This document shows, in pieces, positions 13,460 through 26,640 of a DNA stretch of 64,000 nucleotides. The first letter of the stretch is position 1. The number at the start of each line of letters is the position of its first letter. The translations under genes and the position numbers were made by a program. Source of the DNA: Eledone cirrhosa. Taxonomy: Eukaryota. The stretch covers positions 336,040,001 through 336,104,000 of the forward strand of contig OZ024741.1 of NCBI GenBank assembly GCA_964016885.1, in the 5' to 3' direction. The notes under the pieces were generated by a model that saw only the letters and a list, made by a program, of their open reading frames with translations, was not told where the DNA came from and did not search any database.

Positions 13460-13650
13460 TGTTGAACAATGAAAATAAAACAAAAGTCAAAGATAGCTTC
13501 TTAATTATTTCATTGTTTTGCGCTCATTTCAGAGGGTTGATTGATCATGGTAAATCGATGTATTGATTAAAAGGTAGTGGTTATGTCATCACCTATTTCT
13601 AGTCTCAATATCCTTGATCCATCTCACTGTCTCCCTCAGAAATAATGAAC
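13460..13650 (-). mobile_element. Decayed copy of the long-stem-II hammerhead element at 40040-40225
   Basis: Collinear similarity with 40040-40225, but the core motifs are mutated. Confidence 0.7.
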
Positions 13651-13979
13651 TATGATATATACATATATATATATATCATCATCATCTCATCATCTTCATT
13701 TAACGTCCATTTTCCACGCTAGCATGGGTTAGACGATATATATATACACACACCATATATAAATTTATTGCATACTTTGTTCCGCTGCTAAGTGCACAAC
13801 TTCATATATATATCAATATTCTTGATATGTGGCCAAATAATGTCTTTTACTGTTTAGTTTTATTATTTCCCTTTTATTTTACCTTTTCTACTATTTGCTT
13901 CCCCCTGACCGTTCTGTCTATTTTCATATTCTTCTTCATGCCAAATCAAAACTCATCAATTATTTATTCTCTCTAAATG

Positions 13980-14415
13980 AGGAAGTGCATGGCTTAGTGG
14001 TAATGATGTTGGACTTATGATCATATTGTCATGGATTTGATTGCTGGTTTGGGGTATGTGTTGTGTTCTTGAGCCTAACACTTCATTTCAAGTTGCTCTA
14101 GTATACTCAGCTGAAAACGAGTTCCAGTAATAGCTGGGGATTTAAACCCATGATGGACTGGCATCCTGTTCAGTTTTATGCCATAGAACCCAGGATAAAT
14201 ATGAGCCTGATGAGCTTCTGAGCTTGAGACAAACTTTACTCCTGTGATGAACTGGTGTTTTGTCAAAGACAACGTCTTGTACTCTCAGTTGCTTGATGCT
14301 ATGGAAACTGGGATAAGCACCAACCTGATGAACCTCCAAGCTCACGACAAACTCTAATCCTGTGCTGGACTGTCGTCCTGCCCAGGTGAAAGTCTTGTAC
14401 TCTCGGTTGCTTCTT
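13980..14415 (+). mobile_element. tRNA-derived CORE-like SINE with tandemly repeated V-like tail
   Basis: A-box tggcttagtgg and a CORE-like gtgttcttgagc...cactt segment. Then ~3 copies of a ~117-bp unit starting cc(t)gtgatggactggcatcc. Confidence 0.65.
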
Positions 14416-14571
14416 TGAGCTCAACACAGATGTTTTTTTTATTAAATGTGGGGATCATAGCATGGAGTATTGAGTCCAACTTCAAAAACTATATATACCA
14501 AGTTCTCTCCTATTTTTGTAGAGTTTTTTTTCCATAAATCTTTATTTGTCATATGATTATTATTGAAGTGT

Positions 14572-14715
14572 TGAATTTGGCAGTGTTATTAAAACATTAG
14601 ATAGTAGGATTTGCAGTATCCATTTCAGCTCCATGCTCTCTGAGTTCAAACCATGCCAAGGTCACATTTGTGTTTCATCCTATAAGGAAGTATCAATCCA
14701 GTACTCATATTGATC
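14572..14715 (+). mobile_element. tRNA-derived SINE (Meta/MESC-like family), decayed
   Basis: ctgagttcaaacc...aggtcac...tttcatcc...ccagtact; compare the fuller copy at 63367. Confidence 0.6.
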
Positions 14716-15111
14716 CACCCACTCTTTCTCTCCTTCTCTCTGTCTCTCTTTCTTTCCTTCTCTCTGTCTCTTTTTCTCTTTCTTTCTCCTCTCTGTCTCT
14801 CTTTCTCCCTTTTTCTCCGTCTCTCTCTGGCTTGCTTTCCCTGTCTCTCTATCTTTTATTTACAATATCCTCTTCTTTCTCTCTGTCTCTCCATCTCCCC
14901 ATCCCTCTGTTCTTCTCTAGAATTAATCAGCTGTGCTCAGACTGAAGTGGGTTGGGTTTCACCAGGCTTAGATGTCACACTTTGTATCATTATGGCACCC
15001 CTACAAAACCATCAGGAGTTCAGAACTTTTGGACCCAAACAAACATTGAAGAGGAGGGGGGGGGGGTTAAACTTAAGCTTATATATATGTGTATGTATAT
15101 ATATATATATA

Positions 15112-15725
15112 CAGATGTTGTTTACTCGAGAGAAGGCTATGTTGGTATGGACACGTGATGCGCATGAAAGTCGATAGCTGTATAACAAAGTGCAGGGCAA
15201 TAAAGATAGACGGTAGCCACGGAATAGGCAGACCTAGAAAAACCTGGGACGAGCTGATAAACTCCGACCTCACACACTTACACCTCTCCAAGACAATGTC
15301 ACTGGACCGAGACCTTTGGCGGTACTCAGTAACAGAGAAGACCCGCCTTGCCAGTAGGCATCTCTAACAAAATACACCCCGTCCCGCCACCACCACCACC
15401 CCATCCACACCACCCCGTTCTATGTAAAGTTATGTTGGTGCCGCGCCATCCAGGCCGAAACAAATGAGATCGTGTAGGTGTCACGACAAAAAAACACACA
15501 GTCCACGCTGTAATGTGGCCGTGTAGGCAACACGGTAAAAACCTCCCAGACCCACACTGTAAATGTGGTTGGTGTTAGGAAGGGCATCCAACTGTAGAAA
15601 ACCTGCCAGACAGTCCTATGCGAGCAAGACAATCACTCTTGCCTCAAGTGGGACTACCCCCGTCCAAACCCATGCAAGCGTGGAACACGGACGTTAAACG
15701 TTGATGATGATGATGATGATGATGA
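15112..15725 (+). mobile_element. 5'-truncated RTE family A copy
   Basis: Near-identical to the reverse complement of ~6735-7361, with an (ATG)n tail. (TA)n lies on both sides. Confidence 0.95.
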
Positions 15726-16242
15726 TATATATATATTATGAGGATTCAAATGATATGTAAATATATTTATGTACAAAAGCAGTGCTCCAGCTGAGCTTTA
15801 AATGGCTAAAAAGGAATGTTTTTATTCGTGTGAATTATTGTATATTTGTGTGTCTGTGTATGTATATATTTATGTATGTATGTATGTGAATGTGAATGTA
15901 TGTATGCATGCAAGCATGTGTGTATGAATGTGTGTATGAATGTGTTTATGTATGTATAAATGTTTGTGTTTATGTATGTGTATATATACATGTATACGTA
16001 CATGTGTGTATGTATGTATGCCTGTATGTATGTGTGTATGTGTATGTATGTATGCCTGTATGTATGTGTGTGTGTATGTATGTATGTGTTTGTATCCAAT
16101 TTAGATAAGAATCTAATATTAATTCGAAATTAAGATATTTTTCATGGAGGGAAAATATTTTAGTGTAAGATACCATAATTGATTTGAGATGAAGTAAGTG
16201 AGAAATATCTCAAAATTATTGTTGTAGTGTAAAATTACATAT

Positions 16243-16391
16243 TGAGGGTCGGCTGAAAAGTTCATAGGATGACCAAGATACTCTCATGGAGTGACCAGAT
16301 GGGGGTTCATTTTTCAACATGGAAAGAAACAATGCAGTTATTAGTAAGAAGAGTTGAAATTAATGTATGCAAGATTTTCAGCCTACCCTCG
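16243..16391. mobile_element. Mariner-type MITE
   Basis: TIRs gagggtcggctgaaaagtt / gattttcagcctaccctcg followed by TA. Inserted in the 27-bp minisatellite. Confidence 0.75.
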
Positions 16392-17148
16392 TATATTTCT
16401 GTGTAGTGTAAAATTACGCATATTGTCGCGTAGTGTAAAATTACATATATTCTGTGAAGTGTAAAATTATACATATTGCCATGTAGTGTAATATTACATA
16501 TATTGCTGTGTAGTGTAATATTACATATATTGCTGTGTAAAATGACACATATTGCTGTGTAGTATAAAGTTACATATATTGCTGTGCAGTGTAAAGTTAC
16601 ATATATTGTCGTGTAGTCTAAAATTACATATATTGCTGTGTAGTGTAACATTACACATATTAATGTGTAGTGTAATATTACATATATTGCTGTGTAGTGT
16701 AATATTGCATATATTGCTGTTTAGTGTAAAGTTACATGTATTGCTGTGTAGTGTAATATTGCATATATTGCTGTGTAGTGTAACATTACACATATTAATG
16801 TGTAGTGTAATATTACATATATTGCTGTGTAGTGTAATATTGCATATATTGCTGTTTAGTGTAAAGTTACATGTATTGCTGTGTAGTGTAATATTACATA
16901 TATTGCTGTGAGTGTAATATTGCATATATTGCTGTTTAGTGTAATATTGCATATATTGCTGTGTAGTGTAACATTACATATATTGCAGTGAAGTGTACAG
17001 TTACATGTATTGCTGTGTAGTGTAATATTACATATATTGCTGTGAAGTGTAATATTACATATATTGCCGTGTAGTGTAATATTACATATATTGCCGTGTA
17101 GTGTAATATTACATATATTGCTGTGTAGTGTAATATTACATATATTGC
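16392..17148. repeat. 27-bp minisatellite (tgtgtagtgtaatattacatatattgc)n; resumes at 19437-19515
   Basis: About 28 tandem units, each containing the palindrome tgtaatattaca. No unique spacers. Confidence 0.95.
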
Positions 17149-19436
17149 GGTTTAGAGACCAAGAGGGAAGCTAGGCGACAAGTATACTTAGCTAGGAGGG
17201 AAGCAGAGGATAGAAAATTCAAGCATGTTTTACAATGTGAGGACCAGAAGCAGGAGGTATTCAAGATTGCAAGGCAGTGTGTCAGAGATAGTTATGATGT
17301 CATTGGAGAGAAGTGTATCCGGAATGATAAAGGTGAGCTTGCCCTCACAAGTGCTGAGAAGAAAGATGCATGGAAGAGTCATTATGATAGATTACTAAAT
17401 GAGGAGAATGCATGGGAAGAAGAGACCCTACCCCAAGTAGACCCTATAGAGGGACCAGCAGTACAAGTCAGCGGCAGCGTAGTAAGTAAGGCAATCAGAG
17501 ATATGAAGATGGGGAAGGCAACCGGTCCATCGGGTATAGCTGCCGAGATGCTGAAGGCATCTGGGTCTGTAGGTCACACTATAACCACACGTATTGTTAA
17601 CCAGGTAATAGTAGAAGGTGTCATACCAAAAGATTGGTGCAGTAGCATCATTGTCAACTGCTACAAAGGTAAAGGTGATGCACTAGATAGAGGAAACTAT
17701 AGAGGTATAAAGCTGATGGACTAGGTCATGAAAGTAACAGAAAGAGTTATAACACAGCTGATTAGGGACCGGGTGAATATAGACGAGATGCAATTTGGGT
17801 TTGTACCAGGAAGAGGCACCACTGATGCCCTCTTCCTTGTGAGGCAATTACAGGAAAAGTACCTAGCTAAAAGTAAGCCACTCTACTTGGCATTTGTCGA
17901 CCTTGAGAAAGCCTTTGACAGAGTTCCACGTGCTGTAATCTGGTGGGCTCTTAGAAAACTAGGAGTAGATGAATGGCTTGTGAAAGTGGTACAGGCCATG
18001 TATAGGGGAGCAGTCAGCAAAGTTAGGATTAGCAATGAGTATAGCGAGGAATTTAGCGTACAGGTTGGGGTCCACCAGGGCTCTGTTCTTAGCCCTCTCC
18101 TGTTCATCATAGTCCTGCAGGCAATAACAGAGGAATTTAAGACCGGATGCCCATGGGAACTCCTGTATGCTGATGACCTCGCACTCATAGCTGAATCTAT
18201 GATAGAACTAGAGAATAAATTCCAAACCTGGAAGCAGGGACTAGAGAGAAAGGGTCTCAAAGTCAACATGACAAAGACTAAGGTCCCTGTAAGTAGACGA
18301 GAAAACAGAACCCAGATCCCCTCAGGGAAATGGCCTTGCTCAGTATGTAGGAAAGGTGTAGGTAGGAACTCCATTCTCTGCCCCAAATGCAAACAATGGG
18401 TACACAAGAGATGTAGCGGGATCTCAGGAAGCTTAATTAAGAATGTAGGATTCACATGCAGCAGCTGTGCTGAAACAGCAAGCAGCAAACAGCCACAGGA
18501 AACAAGTACCACCAATCTCTGGGAGGGCCCTGTAGAAACAGTAGACAGCTTCTGCTACCTAGGTGACCGAATTAGCAACGGAGGTGGGTGTTCAGAAAGT
18601 ACAATAACTAGGGTAAGAACGGGATGGAAGAAGTTTAGGGAACTACTACCACTGCTAGCTGCAAAAGGCTTCTCCCTCAGAATGAAAGGCAGACTGTATG
18701 ATGCGTGTATCCGAACAGCGATGTTGCATGGTAGTGAGACCTGGGCGCTGAAGGTGGAAGACTTACGTAGATTAGAGAGAAACGAAGCCTGCATGCTCCG
18801 ATGGATGTGTAACAGTAATATACGTGAACGACAAAGCATAAATGAATTGAGAGAGAGACTGAGCATAAGAGGAATCAAATGCTGTGTGCAGGAGAGGTGG
18901 TTGCGCTGGTATGGACATGTGATGCGTATGAAGGATGACAGCTGCATAAAAAGGTGCAGAGCACTAGAAGTTGATGGAAACCGCGGAGTGGGGAGACCCA
19001 AGATGACCTGGGATGAGGTGATAAAAGCCGACCTTACCCAATTACACCTCTCAAAGACAATGACACACGACCGTGACTTCTGGCGTCACGCAGTAATACA
19101 GAGTACCCGACCTCCCATGGGTACATGCTGAAGCATATAAACAATATGCCCCCACACCCCCCACCGCAAGGTGGTCGTGGAGGTGCCACGGCAAAAAAGC
19201 ACCCAGCCCACACCGTAAAGTGGACGTGTAGGCGCCACGAAAAAGCACCCAGCACTCACTGTAAATGAGGTTGGTGTTAGGAAGGGCATCCAGCTGTAGA
19301 AATCAAGCCAGATCAGTTCCTGTATGAGCAAGGCATGGTCAGCCGACCAGACACTGCACACAACAGGACAACCCGTTTAACCCATGCTAGCGTGGAAGAA
19401 CGGACGTAAAACGGTGATGATGATGATGATGATGAT
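17149..19436 (+). mobile_element. 5'-truncated RTE-clade LINE, family B (RT + PHD finger)
   Basis: The frame is open from ~17150 to 19131 except for a single TAG at 17722-17724 (DQVM -> D*VM). RT motifs FVDLEKAFD, GVHQGSVLSP and YADD; C4HC3 finger; 3' UTR and (ATG)n tail. Confidence 0.97.
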
Positions 19437-20043
19437 TGCCGTGTAGTGTAATATTACATATATTGCTGTGTAGTGTAACATTACATATATTGCTGTGTAG
19501 TGTAAAGTTACATATCTCTCTCTTCCTCCCCTCCTCTGCCCCTTTCTCTCTCTCTCTCCCTCTTTATATATATATATTTATTTATAAATTCTCTCTCTCT
19601 CAAAATTTAACTGTGCTCAGTTCAGATTTAGGGAGGGATGGGCTCTGCTAGGTTTAAATCCCTGAATCCTGCCATATATCATGACAGCGACCCTAAGACA
19701 CAATCAGGAGTTAAGTGTTCATACAGACAAATCTTTTAAATACAGCTCATTTCATTAATTATTACAAACACACAATTATTACGTTTCATTGTAATTAGTG
19801 AGCTAATTAAAAGTAACCTTGTATATAGATACTTTTATACATATACATTCTACACAATAATTTGTGTATAAGTACACCAATTCTTCCCGTGACCATTAGT
19901 CATGCTCTTTAATCTGTCACACAGAGAAACAGAAGCTAACTGTCTCAATATTGAGATTCAAAAGATTTGTGCTTATTGTTTAAAAATAACCCCAAAAAAA
20001 CAAAACAAATCAACAATATTTTTGTTGTTATTTACTTTTGTAG

Positions 20044-20318
20044 GTCATAATTCTTGCAAAATGGAAAAGTTCCTGAAGACCTACGGAAATTCTTTACCTC
20101 AAACTCCCAGCAGGCAGTTGGATACATGTGGCAGTCCTAGGCATACATTTCATTCTAATCTAAATAAAAATATATACAATGAAGAAATTAACCAAATACC
20201 TACCTCAATTGGCAGTAGAAACTGTAAACTAGTGTTGGAAACTTGGGACCTACCCAGCAGAAACACTTTCAATGTCTCCAAACCCTTACCTGCACTTCCA
20301 AAGAACTCAAACAATTAG
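20044..20318 (+). CDS. Candidate terminal coding exon, probably the cytoplasmic tail of an upstream protocadherin paralog
   Basis: Polypyrimidine tract and acceptor (ttgttatttacttttgtag|gt, phase 1). About 90 open codons of non-repetitive sequence end in WDLPSRNTFNVSKPLPALPKNSNN*. An AATAAA cluster lies at ~20560-20580. The Pcdh assignment is inferred. Confidence 0.55.
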
Positions 20319-20792
20319 AATAACAACTGTAATGAGTTGAAACAATAAGAGTAACAACAAATATGTTATATAAAGCATCTTTGCTACTCCTTAATATTCT
20401 CAGAGCAAAAATGTTTAAATGTTTTAAACTGGTTAAGTATAATACCTATTATATGGGTGTTTTGTGTAAATTAACAACTCCATATTAAAACTGATTTGTG
20501 AGCCTTTAAAACAACATTATTTCCTCCAAGCTATCTGTAAAGTAATTTAAAAGATAAAAATAAATAAAAAATAAAATAAAAAAAAACAATCCATTCAGAA
20601 ATGACAGAAAACATGATGGCTTTTATTTGTGTATGAATATGTGGTGAGTAAAATAACTACACACATGCATGTACACTAAATACACACAAGCATTCACACT
20701 AAATATACATAATCACATACACACATGACAATGTATACACATATCCGTATGTATACATATATCTCTAATGTGACGATATATTATCACTACAT

Positions 20793-20884
<92 letters not shown>

Positions 20885-20944
20885 TATATATAATAAAGTA
20901 TGTCCATAGAATCATTTGATAAAATATATACACCATCTCCTCTC

Positions 20945-21006
<62 letters not shown>

Positions 21007-21130
21007 TATATATGTGTGTGTGTATATATATATATACACCCATATATATATATATATATGTATGTGTATATATATATATATATATATGGGCATGCATTTA
21101 TTTGTGTGCATATGAATATATAAATATGTA

Positions 21131-21162
<32 letters not shown>

Positions 21163-22191
21163 ATTCACACACACATTCATAAATAAATGCACTACATATA
21201 AATAATTCAACCATACTTATATAAATAAATATACATACATATATATATTTATCTGCATATGTTTACACCTACACCCTCACACCCATACACACACATTCCT
21301 ATGTAAACGAGAGAAGATGAATAAAAAAACAACAAAAAACACCCACAAAAACATACAAAGAAACAACAACAGCATGATATTTCATAGTTAGTGATATTTT
21401 CCATTTTTAACAGACATTTGCTAATTTGGTGTAGATCTAATTTATTGTCACCAGTAGTGTTATTTGGAAACATAAAACTTCTTTAATTGGTTTCAGAGAG
21501 ATAAGCATTCTTTTTCTCAGATAAACTATATCATCTTCAGGGAAATTCTCTTTAATTAGCAAGTTAAGAGTTTCTAAATGTATATTTTCATAATTTCCTA
21601 CAGCTTCTCAAAAATCTCTACCATTTCCATGTAAATAAGTAATTGGTAGTAATATAGAAGCTATGATTATGCCAGCAGCATTTTCTATTTAGTCTCACCA
21701 TTTGATGTAGCAGACATTTGAAAATCATCTAGAAATGTGAACATACAGTATAATGATAATTTATCAGAAGATTGATCTGTCTCTTATTATTTCTTCTAAC
21801 ATTACTCCTGATCTTTTCTATTATTTCTGAATTGTAATATTTGCTTCATATATATATAATGCATATGTGTATATATATATATATATATATACATATATAT
21901 GTATGTGTGCATGTGTATATATATGTATTATGTGTAGGTTGGTGTATATATATATACATACACATATGTTGTATGTTGGTATGTATGTACCTACACCCAC
22001 ATAATACATATATGTATTTATATGTGTGTGTGTATATATATATGCATATTGCCATATTGCCTATAGGTATGTATGTATGCATATATATGCATATTCCATA
22101 AATATATATACATACACACAAACATATATATGTATATGTACACACACACACACATTTATATGTACATCTACACACACACATTTATATGTAC

Positions 22192-22349
<158 letters not shown>

Positions 22350-23464
22350 CTACTAATGTGGACACTTGAAATATTATTCTAGGACAGATTTTATCTGTTC
22401 TATATTTTCTATTTTTCTTCCTCTTTTTTAATTAATTATTGGTTGGTCTTGCAGAAATCTAAATCTCACACACACCCACACACACAAATACATACACGAG
22501 GGTCTCTTTGTACAACTGATGACTCCTGAACTGGACTCTGCACCTCAAATTACTTGCCTATGGAGTTCTCCTTTCCCCTACCACCACCTTCGGAGTTTTC
22601 ATTTATGGTTGAAAGTTGTTCATTAGTGTCCATGCAACGAGACCAATATCTGTAGCTAGGTGCTTTTAATACTCATAAATGTACGCCCTAACCTGCAATG
22701 TGATTCACGAACAGATGTACATTCCAATTGGTTTTATTGGAGAACACCAATAACATTGCGTGAAAAATATATCAAATCATATTGCCTTGATATTTTTATT
22801 GGATTTTGTTACATGGCTAAAAGTAAATCTATTCCTATTTATGATGGCTTCTGAGGCTTACCATTCATACCCTAATTCATTTATTAATCTTTTAAGACAT
22901 AATCTACTACTCTGAAATTTTAGCTATGGAACTCTGGAAACATTAACCATAACTATGAATACAAAGTATAGGTTATAAATAAGCAAAGTTAATGTTAAAG
23001 CAGCATTTTCATTTGGTTTGCTATGGATTTCTCTTAACAGAAAGCATTTTTAGTACACTTTATTCATTCATCTATCTATTTATTTATTTCTACAATTCAA
23101 TTCGAAAAATTGTTAGAAAATGTTTGCCTCTGATATTGCCTGTTTAATTATATACAATTTCTGAACACTTAGATATTTATTTTAATATTCTAAAAAAAAA
23201 AAATAATAATAAATAAAATACAATTTTAAAATATCTATAACTTTAATATTTTTTTTCATCCTAGGATGAATTAGTTAAAAACAATAACAGGATTTTCTTA
23301 TTTGGACGAAGATTATGGGAGATTCTTTCTACTATAGAGACACACCATAGATTAAAACAACTTTCTCTCTCTACCAGTTCTATACAGACACACCATAGAT
23401 TAAAACAACTTTCTCTCACTATAGATTAAAACACAAATTTCTCTCTCCCAGTTCTATACAGATA

Positions 23465-23645
23465 TCATCATCATGGTCCCTAACCCTTTTCAGGGTCGTT
23501 GGGACACTGCAGTATTGAACACTGCACCATCTGCCTCCATCTCTCGTATACATGGATGAATGCTTGGGTTGTGGCAAAGTTCTTTCCCATCTATTCAGCT
23601 ATGTTTTTCTGTCCACCACTTCCTCTGACTACCCCACCTTCTCTT
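23465..23645 (-). mobile_element. 3' end of a third, older RTE-like LINE inside a ~50-bp tandem repeat (23335-23700)
   Basis: (cat)n tail; the minus-strand peptide is NIAE*MGKNFATTQAFIHVYERWRQMVQ. The unit cacaccatagattaaaacaactttctctctc occurs on both sides. Confidence 0.55.
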
Positions 23646-23902
23646 TACTCAATACAAATACACCATAGATTAAAACACAACTCTCTCTCTCTCTACTGGT
23701 TCTTCCTTTCTTCATTTCACTTTTATTCATTCCACTTTTACTCTTTCTCATCTCCCCACCTTACTGTTAATACTACACATTATCTTAAATTCTTTGAAAA
23801 TCAGGCAAAAAAATATTTCCAACCCTATTATTTACTTGAGTAATTTCAGGTGGAATTAAGTCGATTATATAAAACTTAGTCTTGATATTTTTTATCAAAA
23901 TA

Positions 23903-23966
<64 letters not shown>

Positions 23967-24127
23967 TGTGTATCAAAAGTATATATATATGTAATTATAG
24001 CTCTTTTAATTCTTTGAAGATGATATTATCTCAAAACTTTTCTTAGTTTCAAATGACAAAACATTACTTTAAACATGAACATGTATAACATATTTATTAT
24101 TACTATTATTAGTATTATTATTATCAT

Positions 24128-26172
24128 CGGGTCATCCAGATCATATCTAGATAGAGTATTTTGTAGGGAAATAGATAGGTCTATCATAGGCTGTCTATAA
24201 TTCAAGATAGTCAGCTACACGGACCACAAATTCCTGATCTGTGTGGTTGACTTAGATAGGCTTCATAGACAGGGACCCGGGTACTGGAAACTAAATGCGT
24301 CATTAACAGCGCGCAAAGCTTACTGAGACCAGATTAGCGAATTAGTTAAGCGGGCATTGACAGGGGCCATCGTCAACAGCAAATGGTGATTTGCCCTGAA
24401 AAGAGCGATTAGAATAGAATCCATTAGGTTTAGTAAAGCGCTAGTAACAGAGAAAAATAGAGCAGAAGGAAATCTAGTTGAGAAATTAGATGAGGCGCTT
24501 AATAAAGGCATCGTGACCAACATGCTTGCGGTGAAATTAGCTCTCGACCAATTTTTCAATGCTAAGCACGAAGGCTGCATTGTCAGAGCTAGGGTGCGTG
24601 CGTTCAATGGGCCCTGGTGGCGGAGGCACGTCGTGACAACAAAGCCACGATCCAGTCTTTGGCGAACCACGATGGGCACATGATACTCGATCCCAGGCAG
24701 ATGTGTGCGGCTTTTCAGCAGCACTTTGCTCAGCTGTTCGGGGGACAATGGCGAGCCGCATCACGGAATGGACATCACTGCCTATCTCGACGGACTGCCA
24801 CGGCTCTCGGCCACTGAGGCGGAGTGTTGCGAAAGGCCGATAACAGCTGCTGAAGTACGGGAGGCAATGAGTGGCTGAAAGGTTGAGCGGAGGTGGCGAA
24901 TGCGTACATCACGTCCGTCATCTACTACCGCCTGACCATCGTGCCTTGTCCTAAACCTCACCTGACTGCTCTTTCGCTTTTTGTGGAAGGGACGTGCTCT
25001 GATGGTCAGGCAGTCCATCTGCTGTCAACACCCGCTACGCGGAGAGCTGGGCATACCGTGGCTGATGATGCGCAGACATGCACTCAGGCTACGGCATCTC
25101 CACCTCTTCCTTGACGGTGATCAGGTGTGGTCACCCTTTGCTAGACACATGTTTTCCCAGCTTGTTGCCTTAGCGGAGCTGCAGTCCTGGGTCAAGCGAA
25201 GATGGAGAGGAAGCGCTTGGAGACTAGAATGTCTTCAGGCGCTTACAGCCCTCGACCAGTCGAGCAATACAATCGCTGGAAACTCCACCTTGGCGTTCTA
25301 TAGAGGATTAGTGGAAGGAAAGAGCAACAACGTCCTTGGGGAGACTCTAGGCATCGAAGAAAACCAACTAGCCAATCTCTTCGGGAGTACTTTCGGGTCG
25401 AGGCCCATGGACAACTTCCAGAAATCCCTGGCCTGGCAGTGCTACCGAGGAGCCTTGCCAGTTCAGGATAAACTCTACAGGCATGGAAGTGTCGTCAGCC
25501 AAGCCTGTCCGAGATGCACACAGGACGAAGAAACTGTCCTGCACGCACTCGTCCAGTGTCCAAGCATTGCTAATTTGTGGGTTTATGCCGAACACCCACT
25601 GTCACGTATAGAAGGGATCCGCCTATCAGCTGAGTCCATCGTAAAGATTGCCCCACCACCTTCTTTTAGCCGAGAAGGGCAGGTAGTTTTTATCTGCCTG
25701 GTGGCCATGGTAAAAGAGATTGTATGGTGGACACGTCTGAAAGGGTTGAGGATGGGTACTTTCTTCTTCGGTGACGCCCTCATTAACTTTTTCAGGTTTC
25801 GCCTGAAGAGGAAAATCAGGGTGGAGAGGAAAGTGCTGACTTCCAGCCAGTTTGTTGAAAGGTGGGTGAGCGAGGCAAGAATGGCCCATGTGAATGGGTC
25901 TACCCTGAGCATGTGCCTGTAGCATTGTAGGAGGAAAACTGGAAGAGGGCATTTGCCCTAGCGGTCAGGGTAACCATGGCTTTTCTCGTGGGCTTTCTCC
26001 ACGAGAAGCCCTCGGAGGTCTCCCCCTATTGAACATTTTTCATTGTTTCCTTTTGTCACACTCTGTTTTTGTTTTTTTACACGCAGAAATGCCCATTTGT
26101 ATTGTCCTGTGTTGTCCTGTGTTGTCCTTAATGTTATACTTTGTGTCAACCCTTGTGGTTAATAAAGAAAGC
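24128..26172 (+). mobile_element. L1/Tx1-clade LINE, 5'-truncated with most of the RT deleted
   Basis: APE end SRSYLDRVF...TDHK...GPGYWKLNASL. An abrupt jump near 24880 skips the RT core. C-terminal zf-RVT CPRC...ETVLHALVQC; 3' AATAAA; (ATT)n on both flanks. Confidence 0.88.
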
Positions 26173-26346
26173 ATTATTATTATCATCATTATTATTACTA
26201 TTATTATTATTATTAGTTGGTCTCAAATAAAATCTATTTAGTTTGTTTTACAGTTAATAGGAACACAGTCACAAAACAATTATTTTTGAGGTGATAATTA
26301 AAAAGGAGAAAAAAAAGTAGTTTCGTTATTAGTAATATGTGTGTGA

Positions 26347-26640
26347 GGGCAGTGGATTGGCAGTGTCATTATAACATTGCAGCAATTCTTAACAGTATTT
26401 ATTCCAGCTTTTTACATTCTGAGTTTAAATCCCACTGAGGTTAGCTTTGCTTTTCATACTTATGGGGTCAATAAAGTAAAGCACCAGTAATGCACTGGGG
26501 TCGACTCCCCCCAAATTGCTGGCGTTGTGCCTAATGTAGGAACAATTATTTTTATTATTATTATTAGTGTCGATAAAATAAAGTACCAGTAATGTACTGG
26601 GTAATTTCTGGCCTTGTGCCAAAAGTAGAAACAATTATTT
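26347..26640 (+). mobile_element. Meta/MESC-like tRNA SINE with duplicated 3' end
   Basis: gggcagtggattggcag head and a B-box-like gagtttaaatcc. The segment ataaaataaagtaccagt...gccttgtgcc occurs twice. Confidence 0.8.

Noticed and set aside
14200-14235. CTGATGA-GCT tctg AGC as a hammerhead in the SINE tail
   Set aside because: No GAAA or stem III follows, and the second tandem unit does not conserve the stem.
16392-17148. CRISPR-like array of palindromic 27-bp repeats
   Set aside because: The units are contiguous with no unique spacers, there are no cas genes, and the context is eukaryotic. It is a minisatellite, and its HSNICNITL ORFs are artefacts.
17883-19001. Long antisense ORFs over the RTE and Tx1 copies (also 7399-8528 and 25583-25952)
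   Set aside because: Shadow frames of TE coding sequence with no recognisable motifs.
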